Shown: positions 58,406 to 64,000 of the stretch, one piece after another | Layout of the letters: each line of letters starts with the position of its first letter | Position numbering within the stretch: the first letter of the stretch is position 1 | Assembly (NCBI GenBank): GCA_964608455.1 | Contig: CAZSNM010000004.1 | Coordinates: forward strand, 1,623 to 65,622 | Direction of reading: 5' to 3' | DNA from: an uncultured Candidatus Bathyarchaeia archaeon | Lineage (GTDB): Archaea > Thermoproteota > Bathyarchaeia > 40CM-2-53-6 > DTDX01 | Length of the DNA stretch: 64,000 bases | The notes under the pieces: generated by a model | What the model saw: only the letters and a program-made list of their open reading frames with translations | Database searches by the model: none | Told to the model about the DNA's origin: nothing | Position numbers and translations under genes: made by a program

Positions 58406-58949
58406 GAGCATTAAATTTTTTAAGGAAACGCTTTAATATTTCACTTCTAAGATCAGTCATACAATCAGGCTTTGATTCATATATACCATAAATCACAAGT
58501 TTATCCTCTTTTTGATATAAATTAACCTCCTTAACCTTAACGTTTTCCTCCTCCATAGCTTCCTTCATGCATTGAATCACTTTTTCAGGATTAGGATAAT
58601 CTCCTTCAACATAAGCTATAACCTCATCCATGACCTCCTCGCCATAAACCAAAACAGGAGTATTCATAAGCATATAGTTTGGAATAAGCACCATCCTGCC
58701 TGTTCTAATGCTTGGTAATCTTTCTCCATCGCCTACCTCCATGAGAGTTGTTCTTAACCAACCAACCTTAACAACATCGCCTTTAATAGATGGGTCAACC
58801 AACATTTTAATTCTAATACCAGGCTTTATATTTTTAACTCTTCTAATAAATAATCCGCCTAAAAATGAAGCTAAATAATCTTTAGCAACCATTGAAAAAC
58901 CTAAAGCGCTTAACATAGTTATTAAAGTAACTATAATTGATAGATCCAT
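58392..58949 (-). CDS. MscS-like beta-domain protein (short, single TM)
   Basis: IKPGIRIKM...GDVVKVGWLRTTLMEV...LIPNYMLMNTPVLVY resembles the MscS pore-proximal beta domain. It is shorter than canonical MscS. Confidence 0.45.
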   Translation of the reverse strand: MDLSIIVTLITMLSALGFSMVAKDYLASFLGGLFIRRVKNIKPGIRIKMLVDPSIKGDVVKVGWLRTTLMEVGDGERLPSIRTGRMVLIPNYMLMNTPVLVYGEEVMDEVIAYVEGDYPNPEKVIQCMKEAMEEENVKVKEVNLYQKEDKLVIYGIYESKPDCMTDLRSEILKRFLKKFNALKTV

Positions 58950-59252
58950 TTTTCATTCCTCTTTTTTCATTAAATTTTATGATAGCATTTCTCTTGATGA
59001 AAGAGACAAAAGCAACCTTAAAAGCATTATTTCAATTTTAGAGCTAAAATAACCTCCTCCTTTGAAGCTTAGGTTAGGAAAAGCTATAGGAAAATAATTA
59101 GGCCGCTTTAGATACCATAATTTTTATAGTTAACAGTGAAAACTTGCAGTTATTAATGAAGAAATAATTAATTTTCTATTTAAGCTTCATTGGGAGAACC
59201 CTTCCAGAAAAGTTTATAAGCTGGCAGATTAACAAACCAACAGGCGAAAAAC

Positions 59253-60146
59253 TTGAAAATTCAACCTGTGAACCATCTATTTCTGATTCTTATAATTGCT
59301 CTTGCTTTCTCAAGTCTGCTTGTGAACATTCTTCCAGAAAACGTGTATACCACTACAGTAACAGAAAAGTATACAACAACATCGACAATCACTAGAACAG
59401 AAACTATAGATGTACCAGTTACTACGCATCTTACGAGAACGAGTACTGTGAAGATTCCTGTAACGACCAGTGGAATCATTATCGTTCAGAGAACGGTTTT
59501 AGTCCCAACCACGCTTAGAACAAGCTTCCTCTACACTACAACAGTTACAAGCACGGAATGCCGTAATGTCGGAGGCGCAACCAGATGCGATGTCAGAACG
59601 GTTATAGTCCGTACTACTGTAGGAACCAATCTAGTGATTATTCAACGTATTCTTACATCCTGCACAACCATTTATGGAGATAGGGAATGCTGGGCTGTAT
59701 ATAGAACTTACACTATGGGAGGAGCGGCAGCTGTCCGCACCTATGTTCCTTCGGTAGTTCAAGAACCTCTTACGGTTACGTCTGAAACTACTCTACTTAG
59801 TGCAACAACCGAAACCTTGGAAGTGACAACGTTTGAGAGGAGAACCAGGACAATTGAGGAGCCGGTTACTCTCACACTAGAAAACGTTTATACATCATAT
59901 GCCACCCATCTAGCTGCTTCCACTTCAGAGCAGCAAGCAGGATACAACTTCGCGAACCTGGTCTCAAGCAATTTGGCATGGATTTTTATCCTTCTATTGG
60001 CGATTTTAATAACCGCATTAGCTATTAGAAAACGTCATCCCAGCTTTAAACCAAGCATGGCAATAACATATTATATAAATTGTGGCGCTCAAATCCCCAG
60101 CAATGTAAAATACTGCCCCCATTGCGGCGCCTCTCAAAAAGAATAA
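59253..60146 (+). CDS. Thr-rich bitopic membrane protein with a C-terminal zinc-ribbon-like tail
   Basis: The layout is an N-terminal TM, a Thr/Val/Arg-rich ectodomain of about 200 aa with four Cys, a second TM, then YYINCGAQIPSNVKYCPHCGASQ. Base composition is visibly more G+C-rich than the flanks. Confidence 0.5.
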   Translation: MKIQPVNHLFLILIIALAFSSLLVNILPENVYTTTVTEKYTTTSTITRTETIDVPVTTHLTRTSTVKIPVTTSGIIIVQRTVLVPTTLRTSFLYTTTVTSTECRNVGGATRCDVRTVIVRTTVGTNLVIIQRILTSCTTIYGDRECWAVYRTYTMGGAAAVRTYVPSVVQEPLTVTSETTLLSATTETLEVTTFERRTRTIEEPVTLTLENVYTSYATHLAASTSEQQAGYNFANLVSSNLAWIFILLLAILITALAIRKRHPSFKPSMAITYYINCGAQIPSNVKYCPHCGASQKE

Positions 60147-60147
60147 A

Positions 60148-60204
60148 GGATTAATCATCTAAAAATCTTATGATGAACTTTTAGGTGATTAATCCCTATT
60201 TTTT
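60148..60204 (+). terminator. 10-bp-stem hairpin plus T6 directly after the 59253-60146 stop
   Basis: GGATTAATCA (60148-60157) pairs with TGATTAATCC (60186-60195), followed by TTTTTT (60199-60204). Confidence 0.5.
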
Positions 60205-60293
60205 AGACTTTAGAAATTAAAAACTTTAAGTTTATGTTAACTGTTAATAAGTGTTAATTACGAAAAACATTTAATAAACTAAAAATCTTTTGG

Positions 60294-60857
60294 TTGGTAA
60301 GGATCATGGATAGAAGTGAAGCTTTAGAATTAATTAGGGTAAACGTTAAAAATGAGAATTTAATTAAGCATATGATTGCTGTTGAAGCGATTATGAGGGG
60401 CTTAGCCAAATTTCTTTCTGAAGATGAGGAAACTTGGAGCTTAACAGGGCTTTTGCATGATATAGATTTTGAGAAAACCTCCGTTAACCCTAGCGAACAT
60501 GGAGTTGAAGCTGAAAAACTTTTAAAGGGAAAAATTGATGAGAAAGTTTTGAAAGCTATTAAAGCTCATAATTATGAATATACAGGCGTTAAACCTGAAT
60601 CTAAAATGGAGAAAGCTTTAATTGCAGCTGATGCTATTTCAGGTTTAATAATTGCTTGTGCTTTGGTTATGCCTTCTAAAAAACTTAAGGATGTTAAAAT
60701 TGAAACTTTAAAAAAGAAGTTTAAAGATAAAGATTTTGCCAGAGGTTCAAGTAGAGATCGAATATTAATATGTGAAGAAATAGGAGTGCCCAAGGAAAAA
60801 TTTTTTGAAATTGCTTTAAAAACTCTTCAAGAGTCGAGTTTAATTTTAGGTCTGTAA
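60294..60857 (+). CDS. HD-domain metal-dependent phosphohydrolase
   Basis: The H...HD motif (IKHMIAV...LLHDIDFE) in a protein of about 185 aa. The ATG at 60306 is the likelier start. Confidence 0.75.
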   Translation: MVRIMDRSEALELIRVNVKNENLIKHMIAVEAIMRGLAKFLSEDEETWSLTGLLHDIDFEKTSVNPSEHGVEAEKLLKGKIDEKVLKAIKAHNYEYTGVKPESKMEKALIAADAISGLIIACALVMPSKKLKDVKIETLKKKFKDKDFARGSSRDRILICEEIGVPKEKFFEIALKTLQESSLILGL

Positions 60858-60898
60858 AAAGCCTTTAAATATAAAAGTAATTGAAGGAGTTTTAAACT

Positions 60899-61468
60899 TT
60901 GAAAATTTTATTTGCAACATCTAATAGAAATAAGCTTAAAGAGGCTAACGCTGTTTTGAGCAAATATGGAATTAAAGTTGAAATGCTTAATAAAAGGAAG
61001 TTGGAAATTCAATCAGATAACATCGAAGAAATAGCTAAATATTCAGCCTTAGAGCTTTTTAAAGAAGTTAAAGCACCTTTAATAACTGAAGATTCAGCTT
61101 TAAGCATTAAAGCGCTTAATGGTTTTCCAGGTCCTTACTCAGCTTATGTTTTTAAGACAATAGGTAATAAAGGAATTCTAAAGCTTATGGAAAATAAACT
61201 AAATAGGGAAAGCGTTTTTAAAGCAGCTGTTTTCTTTTGTTCATCAAATATTCAAAAATGTTTTATTGGGGTTACTAAAGGAAAAATAGCTTTTGAAGAG
61301 CGTGGTAAATTTGGATTTGGTTTTGACCCAATATTTATTCCTGATGATTATCCAAAGAAAACTTTTGGAGAAATGTCTATAGAAGAGAAAAGTTTATACT
61401 CACATAGAGGGAAAGCTATGGTTAAATTTGCAAAATGGTATATAAAAAATTATAAGGAAGAAATTTGA
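60899..61468 (+). CDS. rdgB: Non-canonical purine NTP pyrophosphatase (RdgB/HAM1, ITPase)
   Basis: FATSNRNKLKE, EDSAL and GFGFDPIF. Confidence 0.85.
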   Translation: MKILFATSNRNKLKEANAVLSKYGIKVEMLNKRKLEIQSDNIEEIAKYSALELFKEVKAPLITEDSALSIKALNGFPGPYSAYVFKTIGNKGILKLMENKLNRESVFKAAVFFCSSNIQKCFIGVTKGKIAFEERGKFGFGFDPIFIPDDYPKKTFGEMSIEEKSLYSHRGKAMVKFAKWYIKNYKEEI

Positions 61469-61505
61469 TCTTTAATAAAGGAGTAAAATAATAGAGGGAA
61501 AGCTA

Positions 61506-61955
61506 TTGGCAAGATTTTACTCTAGAAAAAAAGGTAAATCTGAATCAACCAGACCTATAAGTCGTAAACCTCCATCATGGTGCAAAGCTACACCTGAGGA
61601 AGTTGAAAATTTAGTTGTGAAACTTGGTAGAGAAGGGTATCCCCCAAGCCTTATAGGTGTTATCCTTAGAGATCAACATGGAATTCCACTTGTTAAATCT
61701 ATTACTGGAAAAAGTATTACTCAAATTTTAAAAGATAATAATCTTTCTCCAAAGCTTCCAGAAGATCTTGAAAACCTTTTAAAGAAAGCTGAACGAACGA
61801 GAAAACACTTAGAAAAGCATAGAAAAGATTATAGCAATAAAAGAGCTTTAGCACTTATTGAATCCAAAATTCATCGTTTAAGCGAATATTATAAGGAGAG
61901 GGGGATTCTCCCAGCTGATTGGAAATATAAACCTAGTGTTGCATCTGTGGCTTAA
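61506..61955 (+). CDS. rps15: 30S ribosomal protein S15 (uS15/S13e type)
   Basis: (TTG)ARFYSRKKGKSES N-terminus and the C-terminal S15 fold LESKIHRL. Confidence 0.9.
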   Translation: MARFYSRKKGKSESTRPISRKPPSWCKATPEEVENLVVKLGREGYPPSLIGVILRDQHGIPLVKSITGKSITQILKDNNLSPKLPEDLENLLKKAERTRKHLEKHRKDYSNKRALALIESKIHRLSEYYKERGILPADWKYKPSVASVA

Positions 61956-61960
61956 GAATT

Positions 61961-63389
61961 ATGAATGAACAAAACTTTAATGATTTTCTTAAAAAAGCTG
62001 AGGAAATAAGCAGTTTTATAAAGGAGGAAGCTTTTAAAAATTCAAAATTTATTGTTGTAACGCATTTTGATGCTGATGGATTAGCTTCTGGAGGAATAAT
62101 TTGTAAAGCTTTACTTAGGCTTAACGCTTTTTTTCATTTAAGAATTGTTGAGCAATTAAATGAGGATGTTCTTTTTAAAATTTCTAAAATAAATGGTGAT
62201 GCAATAATTTTTTCTGAAATAGGAAGCGGCTATTTAAGCTTAATTAAAAACTTTTTTGAAGGAAAAAAAATATTTGTAATAGATCATCATCAAATTGAAC
62301 CTAATGTTGAAATCAATTTTCCTCATTTAAATCCTCATAATTATGGTTTTGATGGTGGTAAAGATATTAGTGGCTCAGGTGTAGCGTATTTTGTTGCTAA
62401 AGCATTAAATGAAGAAAATGTGGATTTATCTCCTTTAGCCATTGTAGGAGCTTTGGGGGATGTTCAGGATAAAAACCCTCAAAGAGCTCTTAAAGGATTA
62501 AATGAAAAAATAGTTAAGGAAGCTGAAGAAGCTGGATTTTTAAAATCTGAAATAGATGTGATTCTTCATGGAAGAAAAACCAAACCAATTCATAAAGCTT
62601 TAGCTTATTCAACAAATCCTTTTTTACCAGGATTAACTGGTGAAGAAGATAAGTGTGTAGCTTTGCTTTCTTCAATTGGGATACCTTTAAAAAAAGGGGA
62701 TGAATGGACAAAACTTTCAGATTTATCAATGGAAGAAAAGCAAAAACTTCTTACAAAAATAATTGAGTATCTTTCATCTCATGGTTTTTCTGGAAATATA
62801 GTTTTAAATTTAATTGGTGTAAACTATGAAATTTTAACTGAAAGCAAAGATTGCCTGTTAAGGGATGCAAGAGAATATGCTTCTATTCTTAATGCTTGTG
62901 GTAGAATGGGTAAATCTGGATTAGGAATAGCCTTATGCCTAGGCGATCGAGAAAATGCTTTAAATAAGGCTCAACAATTAATCTCAGAATATAAACAGCT
63001 TTTAGCCAAACATATAAATTGGATTATTCAATTTCCAGAGAAAATTCAAGAGTTTGAAAGTTTCTATGTGATAAGAGGTGAAGGAACTATAGATGAAAAA
63101 ATGACTGGAGCAATTTCAACAATGCTCTCCTCCTCAACAATGTTCAAACCAGATAAAGCTGTGCTTGTTTTAGCTTTAAGCGGAAAAGAAAACATTAAGC
63201 TTTCGGCTAGAGCTGGGTTAAAATTTGCTGAAAAAAAAGTTAATTTAGGTGCTGCTTTAAAAAGTTGTGCAGAAAAATTTTCTGGTTTAGGAGGAGGTCA
63301 TGAAGCCGCTGCTGGAGCTTATATACCTAAAGATAAAATTGAAGATTTTTTAAAAAGTTTAAATGAAGAAATTTTAAAGGCCTTAAAAA

Positions 63390-63400
<11 letters not shown>
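61961..63400 (+). CDS. RecJ-like DHH-family exonuclease (archaeal GAN/Cdc45-like)
   Basis: DHH motifs THFDADGLASG, IDHH and GGGHEAAAG (DHHA1). Confidence 0.8.

Positions 63401-64000
<600 letters not shown>

Noticed and set aside
59261-59479. 72-aa antisense ORF at the start of the Thr-rich gene
   Set aside because: It is a mirror image of ACN-rich Thr codons (giving Val-rich antisense). The sense ORF is far longer and has a coherent TM/ectodomain/TM layout.
60170-60176. ATGATGA (C-box-like) in the loop of the terminator hairpin, hinting at a C/D box sRNA
   Set aside because: There is no CTGA D box at an appropriate distance and no C'/D' pair. The motif is adequately explained as part of the terminator loop.

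Overview
This is a visibly AT-rich archaeal chromosomal segment (G+C judged by eye, not computed). It is gene-dense, and many genes overlap their neighbours by a few nucleotides. Archaeal identity rests on aIF6, ribosomal proteins L39e/L31e/LX/P0/P1, Spt5, SecE, Nep1, the RNase P Rpp21 subunit, prefoldin, Pcc1 and a RecJ/GAN-like DHH protein. A two-subunit 2-oxoacid:ferredoxin oxidoreductase, split cas3'/cas3'' and a tRNA that seems to need non-canonical introns suggest a TACK/Thermoproteota-like lineage; that placement is inference.

Content from left to right:
- 1-5011: a type I-A-like CRISPR interference module (cas7, cas5, an unassigned 395-aa protein, cas3' helicase, cas3'' HD). No array or adaptation genes are visible in the window.
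- 5256-6538: a KaiC-like ATPase followed by an HTH/coiled-coil protein.
- 6557-6697: a 141-nt intron-containing tRNA on the minus strand.
- 6774-10163: housekeeping genes (IMPase, ZIP transporter, SixA-like, AsnRS-like asparagine synthetase).
- 10172-14087: three paralogous secreted Ig-like proteins flanking a wHTH plus MinD/ParA operon.
- 14045-17420: UPF0201/UPF0200 pair, PPP phosphatase and guaB.
- 18341-27647: a glycogen/alpha-glucan cluster whose first gene is frameshifted.
- 30536-45621: a large translation/transcription block running from Nep1 through L39e-L31e-aIF6-LX-PfdA-FtsY and SecE-Spt5-L11-L1-P0-P1 to alaS and leuS.
- 45642-46651: a decayed DUF362 pseudogene.
- 48737-51605 and 52898-56138: OFOR alpha/beta, then an E1alpha-E1beta-E2 2-oxoacid dehydrogenase operon.
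- 56292-58405: a stomatin/NfeD pair.
- about 59090-60204: a compositionally atypical Thr-rich membrane protein gene.
- 60294-64000: HD protein, ITPase, S15, RecJ-like, Pcc1 and a partial serS.

I saw no rRNA, transposase, integrase or CRISPR array. All functional calls come from motif and family recognition by eye; no searches were run.
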